Shown in pieces: positions 40,575-50,507 of a stretch of DNA of 57,248 bases. The stretch's first letter is position 1, and every line of letters begins with the position of its first letter. Source of the stretch: Prochloraceae cyanobacterium. GTDB taxonomy: Bacteria; Cyanobacteriota; Cyanobacteriia; Cyanobacteriales; JASJDA01. The notes under the pieces were generated by a model. That model saw nothing but the letters and a program-made list of their open reading frames with translations. It had not been told where the DNA came from and made no database searches. The stretch lies in contig JASJCW010000003.1 in NCBI GenBank assembly GCA_030065265.1, positions 1-57,248 on the forward strand, written 5' to 3'. Both the position numbers and the translations under genes were made by a program.

Positions 40575-42182
40575 TTATTTGCGGAACATATTCAGCATTC
40601 TTTGAGTAACCACAAATCCACCAGCGATGTTGATAGTGGCGAATAAAATAGCTACAGCCCCTAAAATAGTTGGCGCAGATGCGATCGATCCCGAAACTTG
40701 TAACATACCGCCGATGATGATGATCCCGCTAATCGCGTTAGTTACGCTCATTAAAGGAGTATGTAAAGCTGGGGCAACATTCCAAATTGCTTGCCAACCG
40801 ATAAAGCAAGAGAGGACGAATACTGTTAAATGGGATAAGAACGACTCGGGCGCGCCCATTCCTACGCCAAAAAGAGCCAAACCAGCGCAGAATATTAAGA
40901 TCCAACTGCGAAGACTGCCGGATTTTTTCTCTTCTTTCGCCTCAGTTTTAGCTGCTGTTTTCGGTGCAGTTTGAGCCGGGGCCGGGCGATCTACTTTTGG
41001 TGGCGGCCAGGTTACTTTACCTTCGTGAAGCACTAAAGCACCGCGCACTACTTCATCTTCGAGATCTACCTTGTAATTTTCACCACCGCCCATATCTTTG
41101 AGCAAGTGAGATAAGTTAGTACCGTATAATTGACTCGACTGGGCAGCCATGCGACTCGGTAAGTCGGTCAAACCAATAACTGTGATCCCATTATGGTTGT
41201 AAATTTCGTTTGGTTTAGTAATCTCGCAATTTCCACCTTGTTCGGCAGCAAGATCGACGATCACCGAACCTTGTTTCATGCTTTCGGCGGTTTCTTTGGT
41301 AATTAGCAAAGGAGCTTTTTTACCGGGGATCAAAGCTGTAGTGATAATAATATCCACTTCTTTAGCTTGTTGAGCGAACAGAGCCATTTCCGCATCGATG
41401 AACTCTTTACTCATGATCTTGGCATAACCGCCCTGACCCGTGCCTTCTTCGTCAAATTCTAGAAGTAAAAATTCTGCTCCTAAACTTTCGACTTGCTCTT
41501 TAACAGCAGGACGAACGTCAAAAGCGCGCACGATCGCGCCCAAACTTTTTGCAGTTCCGATCGCAGCTAATCCCGCTACCCCAGCACCAATTACTAACAC
41601 TTTAGCCGGAGGTACTTTACCCGCAGCAGTGATTTGTCCGGTAAAAAAGCGTCCGAAATGGTTCGCCGCTTCAACTACAGCCCGATATCCGGCGATATTA
41701 GCCATCGAACTCAAAGCATCTAGCTTTTGCGCTCTACTAATACGAGGTACGGCATCCATTGCCAATACTGTAGCTTTGCGTGCGGCGAGTTTTTCTAATA
41801 ATTCCTGATTTTGAGCCGGCCAAATAAAACTTATTAAAGTTGCTCCTTCCCTGAGTAACTCAGTTTCATCAACATTTAAAGTTGGGTGCAGTTGCGGAGC
41901 GCGCACTTTAAGGATAATATCTGCTTGACTCCAAAGGGTTTGGGTGTCTACTATCTGACAATTTGCCTGTTGGTAGGCTTTGTCTGGGAAATTAGCTAAT
42001 TCTCCCGCGCCAGATTCGACTAAAATACTGAAACCAAGTTTTTGCAGTTTTTTGACGGTATCGGGAGTTGCAGCTACGCGACATTCTTGAGGATATATTT
42101 CTTTGGGAATACCAATCTTTTTCTTGTTTTCTAGAGCAGATTGCTCTCCCGTTTCATTTTCTTTAGTGACGATTGCGGTCAT
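40575..42182 (-). CDS. pntA: NAD(P) transhydrogenase subunit alpha
   Basis: RISRAQKLDALSSMANIAGY, GAGVAGL and LHTPLMSVTNAISG motifs. Confidence 0.97.
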   Translation of the reverse strand: MTAIVTKENETGEQSALENKKKIGIPKEIYPQECRVAATPDTVKKLQKLGFSILVESGAGELANFPDKAYQQANCQIVDTQTLWSQADIILKVRAPQLHPTLNVDETELLREGATLISFIWPAQNQELLEKLAARKATVLAMDAVPRISRAQKLDALSSMANIAGYRAVVEAANHFGRFFTGQITAAGKVPPAKVLVIGAGVAGLAAIGTAKSLGAIVRAFDVRPAVKEQVESLGAEFLLLEFDEEGTGQGGYAKIMSKEFIDAEMALFAQQAKEVDIIITTALIPGKKAPLLITKETAESMKQGSVIVDLAAEQGGNCEITKPNEIYNHNGITVIGLTDLPSRMAAQSSQLYGTNLSHLLKDMGGGENYKVDLEDEVVRGALVLHEGKVTWPPPKVDRPAPAQTAPKTAAKTEAKEEKKSGSLRSWILIFCAGLALFGVGMGAPESFLSHLTVFVLSCFIGWQAIWNVAPALHTPLMSVTNAISGIIIIGGMLQVSGSIASAPTILGAVAILFATINIAGGFVVTQRMLNMFRK

Positions 42183-42202
42183 ACATTCTCCTTATCGACT
42201 TT

Positions 42203-42225
42203 GTACGGACGTTTCATGAAACGTC
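42203..42225. repeat. REP-like palindrome upstream of pntA
   Basis: GTACG followed by the perfect 18-bp palindrome GACGTTTCATGAAACGTC (42208-42225). Confidence 0.65.
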
Positions 42226-42660
42226 ACTCGAACCATAGTTCGTAATTTTAAGATTTGTTCTCAATTTTCTAAATTTTTTCTTAAATAATTGCTCCTTTTT
42301 CTTAGCTTGGTTTAAACAGATATTTGTTACCGAATGCTCGAACGCTGAAAATAACTATTTTTTAGAGCCAAGTTAAAGATAAGCATTATTTTTTTCTAGG
42401 AAAATTTAGATTGAGGGATAAGATCTATCTCAGAAAATAAGTCGCTAACTATATAGATTTCCCCAACTCGGATAATTGACTAGCTCGGTAAATAGCTAAT
42501 CTTTCGCTACTTAATTGCATCCTATGTCGATTCCGCTATAACAATAGTTATCTTCAACTTGTTTTATAGATTCGTTGTGACTTCTGGCACTTTTTTTCTA
42601 TAATTTCGTCACCAATAGGCGTAAGCCGAGATCGAAAGGACAAACATTAATTAACATTTA

Positions 42661-43230
42661 ATGACAAAGATCTTGAAAACTTATTTTGAGTTAATAACCT
42701 CTATGTTCAAATTGAAATCTTCAGCCTGGATTTTGTTACTTTTTCCGATGACATTATTAGGATATTTTGTAGCTAATCCCGTTTCCGCACAAAGCACTTC
42801 TGGATTGACTATTTTTGGCGGAGTTGACAGGGAAAATATCCTTAATTATTACTTGGAGTGGGATGTCGGCCCGAAAAGAAGGGAACGCTATAAATTAACA
42901 ATTCCCGCCAAAAAAATGATTCAGGGAGCTTCTAAGATTTTTATTACTTATCCCGATTATTACGATGGCAAATTTGAAGAAGATCGCATTGAAATCAGAA
43001 TCAAAAACAAGCCGATCGAACTAGAAGAAGTAGTTTGGGATGAAGAAAGCCGCATTATCGAAATTGTGCCCAAAGAACAGATTACCCAAAGCAACAAATT
43101 GCAAATTGTGATGCACAACGTCAAAAATCCTTCCCGGGCAGGCACATTTTACTTCAATTGTCAACTAATTGCCGCCAACGATCTGCCGATCCGTCAACAC
43201 GTAGGCACTTGGATTATTACTGTCGATTAA
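42661..43230 (+). CDS. DUF2808 family secreted protein (start may be 42703)
   Basis: Signal peptide; GLTIFGGV, YPDYY.G.F and NVKNP...GTFYFN motifs; upstream of rpmH as in other cyanobacteria. Confidence 0.8.
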   Translation: MTKILKTYFELITSMFKLKSSAWILLLFPMTLLGYFVANPVSAQSTSGLTIFGGVDRENILNYYLEWDVGPKRRERYKLTIPAKKMIQGASKIFITYPDYYDGKFEEDRIEIRIKNKPIELEEVVWDEESRIIEIVPKEQITQSNKLQIVMHNVKNPSRAGTFYFNCQLIAANDLPIRQHVGTWIITVD

Positions 43231-43272
43231 ATTAGAAATTAAAGAGGTAAGAGGCACGTCGCTACGCTCCAA

Positions 43273-43492
43273 GGGAACAGGGCACAGGGCAAAAGTAGCA
43301 AGTAGCAAGTAGCAAGTAGTCAGTAATTAATGGGGTCAGGGGTCAGAGGTAATAAGATTGAAAATTGTTTTATTAGTATCAAATTAGTAGAGCGATTATT
43401 ATACTTTAACCCCTGACCCCTGACCATAGGCGCAGCCCCCTGACCTCTGACCTTACAAAGATGCTCCCTACGCCTCCCACGCCTCCCCCCTA
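43273..43492. repeat. Composite repeat region: GGAACAG/GGCACAG and AGTAGCA heptamers plus dispersed element copy B (43341-43453)
   Basis: AGTAGCA x3; block identity with 27929-28044; CCTCCC repeats at the 3' end. Confidence 0.85.
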
Positions 43493-43512
43493 CGCCGATC
43501 GCACTATTTTTT

Positions 43513-43541
43513 TTGATTTCAAGCTCGATATGAGATATAAT
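43513..43541 (+). promoter_or_regulatory. Sigma70-type promoter of the rpmH operon
   Basis: TTGATT, 17-bp spacer, TATAAT. Confidence 0.6.
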
Positions 43542-43596
43542 TATCGATTGTGGCTTTTTGTGCGTAAAAAATCGAGAAACAAAGAGGAGAATTTAA

Positions 43597-43734
43597 ATGA
43601 CTAAAAGAACTTTAGGCGGGACAAATAGAAAGCAAAAAAGAACTTCAGGATTTCGAGCTAGAATGCGAGATCGTAACGGCCGTAAGGTAATTAGAGCGAG
43701 AAGAAAAAAAGGTCGTCATCGCCTTGCAGTTTAA
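43597..43734 (+). CDS. rpmH: 50S ribosomal protein L34 (below ORF-track cutoff)
   Basis: [45 protein letters not shown]; GAGGAG RBS. Confidence 0.97.
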   Translation: MTKRTLGGTNRKQKRTSGFRARMRDRNGRKVIRARRKKGRHRLAV

Positions 43735-43888
43735 AGTTTTTAAATAAGCTATTTTAAGCAAACGAGCCTTTTTAAAAAAAGCTCTCAAACTTAAAGGAAA
43801 ATTATAAATCTTGCCAACAAGCAATCAATTGCAGGATTCGCTGGCAAATAATTAAAAGAAATATTAGCTTATTTAATGAGGAAAAGGC

Positions 43889-44272
43889 GTGGGATTGCCT
43901 AGGGCTAATCGACTCAAACATAGACGTGATTTCGATCGAATCTATAAAAAGGGACTGTATCGCCAAACTCCTCATTTAGTTTTACGGGCACTATTAGAAG
44001 CGAAAAAAAATCCAATTGATGGTAACGAGCGGGTAGAAAGCCCCCCTCAAATCGGAATTTCAATCGGACGAAAAGTCAGCAAAAAAGCAGTAATTCGCAA
44101 TCGGATTAAAAGACAGATCAAAGCTGTCATGAGAGAATTACTGCCCAATATTCCTCCAGGTTGGAAAATAATAATCGGAGTAAGATCCCAAGCTTTAAAA
44201 TGCGAATATAAAGATTTTCTGGGAGAATTAAAACAGTTGTTAGTAAAAGCAGAAATAATCAATGGCAATTAA
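43889..44272 (+). CDS. rnpA: Ribonuclease P protein component
   Basis: LPRANRLK and GISI.RKVSKKAVIRNRIKRQI motifs. Confidence 0.95.
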   Translation: MGLPRANRLKHRRDFDRIYKKGLYRQTPHLVLRALLEAKKNPIDGNERVESPPQIGISIGRKVSKKAVIRNRIKRQIKAVMRELLPNIPPGWKIIIGVRSQALKCEYKDFLGELKQLLVKAEIINGN

Positions 44273-44654
44273 AGAAAATAAGTTTTACGAAGGCGGCCCC
44301 CATATCGGCGATCTGATAATAAACGTTTTATTAGGATTTACCGTGATCTGTTTGCCCTTAACTGTGGCCGCAGTGGTTAGAGCTTTGTGGTTGAGATATT
44401 TAATCACCGATCGCCGCGTTTCAATAACTTCTGGATGGATGGGGCGCGAACGTACTGATATCATTTACAAAGACATCGTTAAAATTGTCAAAATGCCTCG
44501 AGGTATAGGCATATGGGGCGATATTGTCATCACCCTCAAAAACAGAACTCGTTTAGAATTGCGAGCAATTCCTAATTTTAGAGAAGTATCTGAATATATT
44601 GCCGAAAAAGCAGCACAAAAAACCGATAAATCGAAAGAAGCAATTACCGCTTAA
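44262..44654 (+). CDS. Bacterial PH-domain membrane protein
   Basis: FYEGGPH.GDL and LRY.IT.RR.S motifs; conserved position between rnpA and yidC. Confidence 0.85.
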   Translation: MAIKENKFYEGGPHIGDLIINVLLGFTVICLPLTVAAVVRALWLRYLITDRRVSITSGWMGRERTDIIYKDIVKIVKMPRGIGIWGDIVITLKNRTRLELRAIPNFREVSEYIAEKAAQKTDKSKEAITA

Positions 44655-44797
44655 ATACCTCAGCGATCGCCAGACTGATTTGTATAGTTATGTTAAGCGA
44701 TCGCTAAACCAGATTTAGATTTTATGCCACAAGCGGCAAATATTAGATAAATTAGACTGAGAAAACCTTACAAAGCCAACAGCTAGCTCGATTTGAT

Positions 44798-45955
44798 ATG
44801 GATTTTGGAATCGGATTTATTTCCAATAACATCATGCTGCCAATCCTGGATTTCTTTTACGGGATTACGCCCAGCTATGGTTTTGCGATCGTCGCCCTCA
44901 CCTTAGTAATTCGCGGAGCAGTTTCTCCTCTCAATGCGGGGCAAATTCGCAACGCCAGAAAAATGCGAATTACTCAGCCAATGATGAAAAAAAGGCAAGA
45001 GGAAATTCAAAACAAGTATAAAGATAACCCAGAAAAACAACGGGAAGAATTAGGTAAATTAATGCAAGAATTCGGCAATCCCCTAGCGGGTTGTTTGCCG
45101 TTGTTGGTACAAATGCCGATTTTATTCGCATTGTTTGCCACTTTGAGAGGATCGCCATTTACAGACATTGCTTACACCCTAGACGTGCAAGTATTGCCCC
45201 GCGAGCAAATGGAATTCGTTCAGCCCCAAACTTTCAGCACTAAAGCTCAAAATATTTATGTTGATGACGGGGTTCACTACAAAATTGCCGCCCTATTACC
45301 AGCAGGAAAGCAACTAGTAGTTGGCAAAGAAAGCAAAATAGAATTTCAAACCGAAGCAGGCAAATCTTTAAACAACTTAATCGCAGAATACCCAGACAAA
45401 GACATTCAGCCAAAATGGGAAGTAACTAAAGGGCAAGAAAGGATTAACATCAAAGAAGATGGCACCATAGAGGCGATCGCCCCTGGAGACGCAACAATTC
45501 AAGCCACCATCCCCGGAATTGCTTCAGAAAAAGGATTTCTCTTCATCCAAAAGCTAGGCCGCGTTGGTGTATCTGGAGAAAACGGCGCGATCAATTGGGA
45601 TATTCTCGCTTTAGTAGTTATTTTTGGCGTTAGTTTATACGTCAACCAAACCTTGACCGGTCAGTCAGGACCTAACACCGGACAGCAACAAGCAATTAAC
45701 AAGTTTATTCCCGTAATCTTCAGTGGGATGTTTCTATTTTTCCCCTTACCTGCAGGGGTTTTACTGTACATCGTAGTCGCTAACGTTTTCCAAACCGGGC
45801 AAACCTTCTTTTTGATGCGCGAACCCCTACCAGATAACTTGCAAAAACTAGTACAGCAACAGGAAAAAGAAGAACGTAAGAAAACTGGCCAAGGGGGTAG
45901 AGAAGAACTACCTTTTGAAAAGAAACGTTCTAAGAAAAAAGAAAAAACATCATAA
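44798..45955 (+). CDS. yidC: Membrane protein insertase YidC
   Basis: [15 protein letters not shown] and PAGVLLY...N.FQ..Q motifs. Confidence 0.96.
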   Translation: MDFGIGFISNNIMLPILDFFYGITPSYGFAIVALTLVIRGAVSPLNAGQIRNARKMRITQPMMKKRQEEIQNKYKDNPEKQREELGKLMQEFGNPLAGCLPLLVQMPILFALFATLRGSPFTDIAYTLDVQVLPREQMEFVQPQTFSTKAQNIYVDDGVHYKIAALLPAGKQLVVGKESKIEFQTEAGKSLNNLIAEYPDKDIQPKWEVTKGQERINIKEDGTIEAIAPGDATIQATIPGIASEKGFLFIQKLGRVGVSGENGAINWDILALVVIFGVSLYVNQTLTGQSGPNTGQQQAINKFIPVIFSGMFLFFPLPAGVLLYIVVANVFQTGQTFFLMREPLPDNLQKLVQQQEKEERKKTGQGGREELPFEKKRSKKKEKTS

Positions 45956-45968
45956 AGATCGAGGCGGT

Positions 45969-46457
45969 ATGAGGGAGAGGCAAATCCAGCGAGGTAAGGA
46001 GTGGTTGGAGAATCTACTCGAAATAATGGGAGTTCCAGCCTCAGTAACGGTAGAACAAATCGACTCAAGTTCAGAACAAGAAAATCCTTGGTTGACGATC
46101 GATCGCAATGATTTTAACCAGCAGCAGATAGAGGCACTAATCGGCCCGAAAGGAGAAGCAATCGATTCGATTCAATACTTAGCCAACACTTTGTTAAATA
46201 TTGGTGCAGATCCCCAAGAACAAAGTTCCTTCACAGTTGAATTAGACGGCTATCGCGCCAAAAGGAGAAAAGAGTTAGCAGCCTTGATCGAAGAAGTAGC
46301 CGCAAGGGTACGTCAAACAGGTAACGAAGTTGCCATCGAGTCCTTATCTTCAGCAGAACGCCGTCAAATTCACACTTTATTAAAAGATTCAGAAGACTTA
46401 GCGACTGAAAGTCGAGGGCAAGAACCAAACAGACATTTAGTAGTTCGCCTTCGCTAA
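45969..46457 (+). CDS. Jag/KhpB-type RNA-binding protein (KH + R3H); start corrected to ATG 45969
   Basis: LIGPKG..IDSIQYL, ERRQIH and S.GQEP.R.LVV motifs. Confidence 0.88.
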   Translation: MRERQIQRGKEWLENLLEIMGVPASVTVEQIDSSSEQENPWLTIDRNDFNQQQIEALIGPKGEAIDSIQYLANTLLNIGADPQEQSSFTVELDGYRAKRRKELAALIEEVAARVRQTGNEVAIESLSSAERRQIHTLLKDSEDLATESRGQEPNRHLVVRLR

Positions 46458-46494
46458 ATTCTAAAATGGGAATTAGTAGGAGATTTTACCAAAA

Positions 46495-46998
46495 ATGGAA
46501 GTTATCTACATTCCTCAATTACTCAAAGCACCAGATAGAACCGAGGAAATCACCCTAGATGAGCCGATTGCCGGTTTAAATACCTTAACCCCAGTCAAAG
46601 GAGCGATCGTCATAACTCACGGAGGCACTTATTTAGAAGTGAGTGCAAAAGCAGAAACAATTATTACGGTCGTTTGCGATCGCTGTTTGGCTAATTACAA
46701 TCATCGCTTATCTGTCGATACTTCCGAAATAATTTGGCTAGAAGATAATGCCGATGAAACAGCCAAGTTTGTCGAACGAGAAATTCCTTTAGAAGATCTC
46801 TCCGAAAAACTCTCTCCTTGGGGGTATTTTGAACCAGAATCCTGGCTGTACGAACAATTATCCCTAGCAATGCCCATGCGTCAATTATGCGGTGAAGAAT
46901 GCCCCGGAGCAGCAGATCTCCGAACCGAAAACACCGATCCTCTAGTTGACAGCCGTTGGGCCAGTTTGGCCGCATTAAAAGAAAAATTCTCAGGCTGA
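46495..46998 (+). CDS. YceD/DUF177 family protein
   Basis: CDRCL, LYEQL.LA.P...LC...C.G and DSRWA.L..L motifs. Confidence 0.9.
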   Translation: MEVIYIPQLLKAPDRTEEITLDEPIAGLNTLTPVKGAIVITHGGTYLEVSAKAETIITVVCDRCLANYNHRLSVDTSEIIWLEDNADETAKFVEREIPLEDLSEKLSPWGYFEPESWLYEQLSLAMPMRQLCGEECPGAADLRTENTDPLVDSRWASLAALKEKFSG

Positions 46999-47068
46999 TT
47001 ATCGCGCGCGACCGCCAGCTTAAACAAAACCGAAAAAAACAACGATCGAGAACAGAAAAATCGAAAAA

Positions 47069-48577
47069 ATGACTTTTAATCAAGAGTTTCAACTGTTACT
47101 GCGAGCTTGCTATCCGCTCGTTTACGTTGCCACTCCCGAAGAGGAAAGAGTAGAAGCCGCGATCGCACTTTCGGCAAAAGCAGTCGGCGATCGCCCCGTT
47201 TATATTTGGGATTTTGTCGAAGGCTATCAAAATAATCCTAACTATCAAGGCTTCGGCAAACGTAACCCCCTACAAGCCTTAGAATTACCGGAAAAACTGC
47301 CCCAAAGTGCCGGGGGGATCTTTATTTTACGAGATTTTCAACGCTTTTTAGAAGATATCTCAGTCTCTCGCAAATTGCGTAATTTAGCCAGGGTTTTAAA
47401 ATCAGCTCCCAAAAATATCGCGATCGTTTCTTCAGAAATTAACATTCCTAGAGAATTGAGCGAAGTAATTACGGTAATTGAATTTCCTTTACCGACAACC
47501 GTAGAAATCAAAACAGAAGTGCAAAGACTGCTTGCTTCAGTGGGACAAAATCTAGCCGACAAAAAATTAGACGAATTAGTGAATACGGCTCGAGGGCTAT
47601 CTTTAGAAAGAATTAGAAGAGTTTTAACCAGGGCGATCGCAGTTTCGGGCCAGCTGCAACCAGAAGATATCGAACTAGTATTAGAAGAAAAACGTCAATC
47701 AATTCGTCAGACTCAAATTTTAGACTTTTATCCCGCCAAAGAACAAATCTCCGATATCGGCGGATTAGATAACCTCAAAGACTGGTTATTGCGTCGTGGC
47801 GGAGCTTTTTCCGAGCGAGCTAGAGCTTACGGTCTACCCTACCCTCGCGGCCTCTTATTGGTCGGAATTCAAGGCACGGGAAAATCGTTAACAGCCAAAG
47901 CGATCGCCCATCATTGGCATTTACCCTTGTTGCGTCTCGACATCGGTCGCTTGTTCGGTGGTTTGGTCGGAGAAAGCGAATCTCGTACCCGTCAGACAAT
48001 TAATTTGGCCGAGGCGATCGCTCCTTGTATTCTTTGGATCGACGAAATTGATAAAGCTTTTTCCGGTATTGATGGTAAAGGCGACTCGGGAACTACTAGC
48101 AGAGTGTTCGGAACTTTTATTAACTGGTTAGCAGAGAAAAAATCCCCAGTATTTGTCGTGGCTACAGCTAACAACGTCCGCGCATTACCCCCAGAAATGT
48201 TACGCAAAGGACGCTTTGACGAGATATTTTTTGTTGGTCTGCCCAGTCAAACTGAAAGAGAAGCAATTTTTAAAGTTCATTTGTCTCGCGTCAGACCTCA
48301 CAATCTAAAGAATTATGACATTTCTCGGCTTGCTTACGAAACCCCATTATTCTCTGGAGCTGAAATAGAACAAACTATAATCGAAGCGATGCATATTGGT
48401 TTCAGCCAAAATCGCGATTTCACTAATGATGATATTTTAGAATCAGCCAGTCAGATAGTTCCTTTAGCCCAAACAGCTAAAGAACAAATTGAGTTTTTAC
48501 AAAACTGGGCTGCTGCGGGTAAGGCTCGCATGGCTTCTAAACAAAGTGGCACTTTTAAAGTAAACTTCAATAGTTAG
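47069..48577 (+). CDS. ycf46: Ycf46 family AAA ATPase
   Basis: IGGLDNLKDWL, GIQGTGKS, LWIDEIDK and LRKGRFDE motifs. Confidence 0.9.
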   Translation: MTFNQEFQLLLRACYPLVYVATPEEERVEAAIALSAKAVGDRPVYIWDFVEGYQNNPNYQGFGKRNPLQALELPEKLPQSAGGIFILRDFQRFLEDISVSRKLRNLARVLKSAPKNIAIVSSEINIPRELSEVITVIEFPLPTTVEIKTEVQRLLASVGQNLADKKLDELVNTARGLSLERIRRVLTRAIAVSGQLQPEDIELVLEEKRQSIRQTQILDFYPAKEQISDIGGLDNLKDWLLRRGGAFSERARAYGLPYPRGLLLVGIQGTGKSLTAKAIAHHWHLPLLRLDIGRLFGGLVGESESRTRQTINLAEAIAPCILWIDEIDKAFSGIDGKGDSGTTSRVFGTFINWLAEKKSPVFVVATANNVRALPPEMLRKGRFDEIFFVGLPSQTEREAIFKVHLSRVRPHNLKNYDISRLAYETPLFSGAEIEQTIIEAMHIGFSQNRDFTNDDILESASQIVPLAQTAKEQIEFLQNWAAAGKARMASKQSGTFKVNFNS

Positions 48578-48594
48578 GACTAAGTATTTTTATA

Positions 48595-49038
48595 GTGAAA
48601 AGCAATACTATTTCAGGTTTCTTTCAGTTTGTTCTGGGTTTTTTCCTCGGTATTGTTATCTTGAGTGGAAGCGCGGTTGGTGTAGCCTATTATCTCTTTA
48701 CCAAAATGACAATAGTCCCGGAAAAACCCATATTTCCCGAAGAAAAAACCAGAAGTATCTCAGCTCAAACCATTCCTATCGAGACAAAAGCAAAACCTAT
48801 TGCCAGTCAAGTGGCTTTTGCCTCAGAAGGATATCGCGCTAGAGTTACTTGGCCTCAAGGCTTGGTTTTGCGCGCAGGCCCTACTACTCAATCGGCGCGT
48901 CTTGGAGGAATAGCATACAATAGTTTAATTGTAGTTCTCAAAGAAGATGTCAGCGTCGGATGGCAAAAAATTCGTGAAGTGCAAACAGGACGAGAAGGCT
49001 GGATTAAATCCGGGAATATCGAAAAGATACAGCCTTAA
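48595..49038 (+). CDS. SH3-domain membrane protein
   Basis: N-terminal TM segment; Y.ARVTWPQGL.LR...EGWIK.GN bacterial SH3. Confidence 0.85.
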   Translation: MKSNTISGFFQFVLGFFLGIVILSGSAVGVAYYLFTKMTIVPEKPIFPEEKTRSISAQTIPIETKAKPIASQVAFASEGYRARVTWPQGLVLRAGPTTQSARLGGIAYNSLIVVLKEDVSVGWQKIREVQTGREGWIKSGNIEKIQP

Positions 49039-49249
49039 AAACGATATTTTGCTCGAAACCGATCGCCAAAAACACCCAATTTCCATTTATTTTTTCCAAG
49101 CAATTCAAATCTTGTTTGCTGTGGAGGACAGATTTTAATTAAGCAGCAAAATATCAGTACAGTCAAGCAAAACTGCGATCGATATCTAATTCTTTTAAAT
49201 TAAATTTAATAGTTTAATATTTATTTTTTTAAATCGATTTTAATTTTTC

Positions 49250-50203
49250 CTATTTATTGTTGTTATTTTTATTATTAGTATTTCCGTTTTCTTCTTCAGA
49301 AATTGTGGGAAACGCGTCCAATAAATCGCTCAGCCTTTTTATTTCTTCTTCTAAAGGTTTTTGCTCTAGATTTAATTCGTCTAAAACAGAATCACTTTTA
49401 TTCTCCGTAGAGTTTGTCAAACCTTCTAAGTCTAGTGATTCTTCATCGTAGGAAGGTAAATCTTCAAAGAAATCTGCAAGTTGTTGAATCTCATCAGTAT
49501 CATCTGTTATCGGATCTGCTTCATTCAGATTTGCGTCTTCCGAGCCAATTTTAAACAATTCTTTTATTCCTGCTTCAGTAGCATCAGATAAAGAACTAGG
49601 TTCATCAGATCCCGTCAATATGCCGCTTAATTCTGCTTCATCAAAATCAAGAGAATCAATTGATGGAAGTCCTTCTAAAAATTCGTCGAAGTTTTCGGTT
49701 TTATTTTTGAATTGTTCTCTAGAAATATCGAGTTGTTTTAATTGATTTTCGTATTCTTCTTTGACAGAATTAACTGTCTCTTCTAATTCTTTTTTGTGAG
49801 ACTCTTCTAATTCTTGAATTTTAGCTCGGTGGGAATCTTGTAGCTCTTGAATTGTAGCTTGATGAGATTTTTCAAGCTCTTCAATATCGGTTAAATTAGC
49901 TCGTTCTAAACTTTCAATTTTATTGATATTTTCTTTTTCTAATTTTTTAATTAAAGCTTGAGTTTCAAGCTTAGCCTTATCCGTCGCTTCGAGAGCCTTA
50001 AGTTCGCTCTCTTCTTGCAAAGACATTATGGTATTTTGCAGTCTAGTCTGGTGTTCTTGTTCGGATTGTTCCAGTTTTTTCTGCATTTGTTGTAACTGTT
50101 TTTCTTTGCGATCTATTTTGCTCTTTTGCATGAAGAACAAAACTGCCGCACCAACCAAAAATCCAACAATACCGCCAATTACAAATTGCATTAGTGCCTC
50201 CAA
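49250..50203 (-). CDS. Hypothetical bitopic coiled-coil protein with acidic tail
   Basis: N-terminal TM segment, long coiled coil and D/E-rich C-terminus. Confidence 0.7.
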   Translation of the reverse strand: MEALMQFVIGGIVGFLVGAAVLFFMQKSKIDRKEKQLQQMQKKLEQSEQEHQTRLQNTIMSLQEESELKALEATDKAKLETQALIKKLEKENINKIESLERANLTDIEELEKSHQATIQELQDSHRAKIQELEESHKKELEETVNSVKEEYENQLKQLDISREQFKNKTENFDEFLEGLPSIDSLDFDEAELSGILTGSDEPSSLSDATEAGIKELFKIGSEDANLNEADPITDDTDEIQQLADFFEDLPSYDEESLDLEGLTNSTENKSDSVLDELNLEQKPLEEEIKRLSDLLDAFPTISEEENGNTNNKNNNNK

Positions 50204-50507
50204 ACTTAGCTGTTTATTATAGTCGATCCTCGATCGCTCCGAAATCTTTAGTCTTTATTGATTTTAGATCGAGCGATTAGTTCGTTTTTGGATTTTGTTG
50301 ATAGATTTGAGCCACGAAATCATCAGAATCTTAACTATCGAAATCGATGAATGTAGTTAAAGTTTAATTGTTTGTTGCCCTCAGATTAGTTTAACTTCAA
50401 TATATCTCTCCGATTAACTCTCAAGCCAACTTTAATTTTAATCTCGAATATAGTAGGTGATTAGAAGATTTTAAGCAAGAGATCGCCCGATCGAGATCGA
50501 GGCAATT

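Noticed and set aside
39868-41808. Long + strand ORFs (186, 115 and 122 aa) opposite pntAB, and similar shadow ORFs elsewhere
   Set aside because: They are antisense or alternative-frame shadows of well-conserved genes with no independent motifs.
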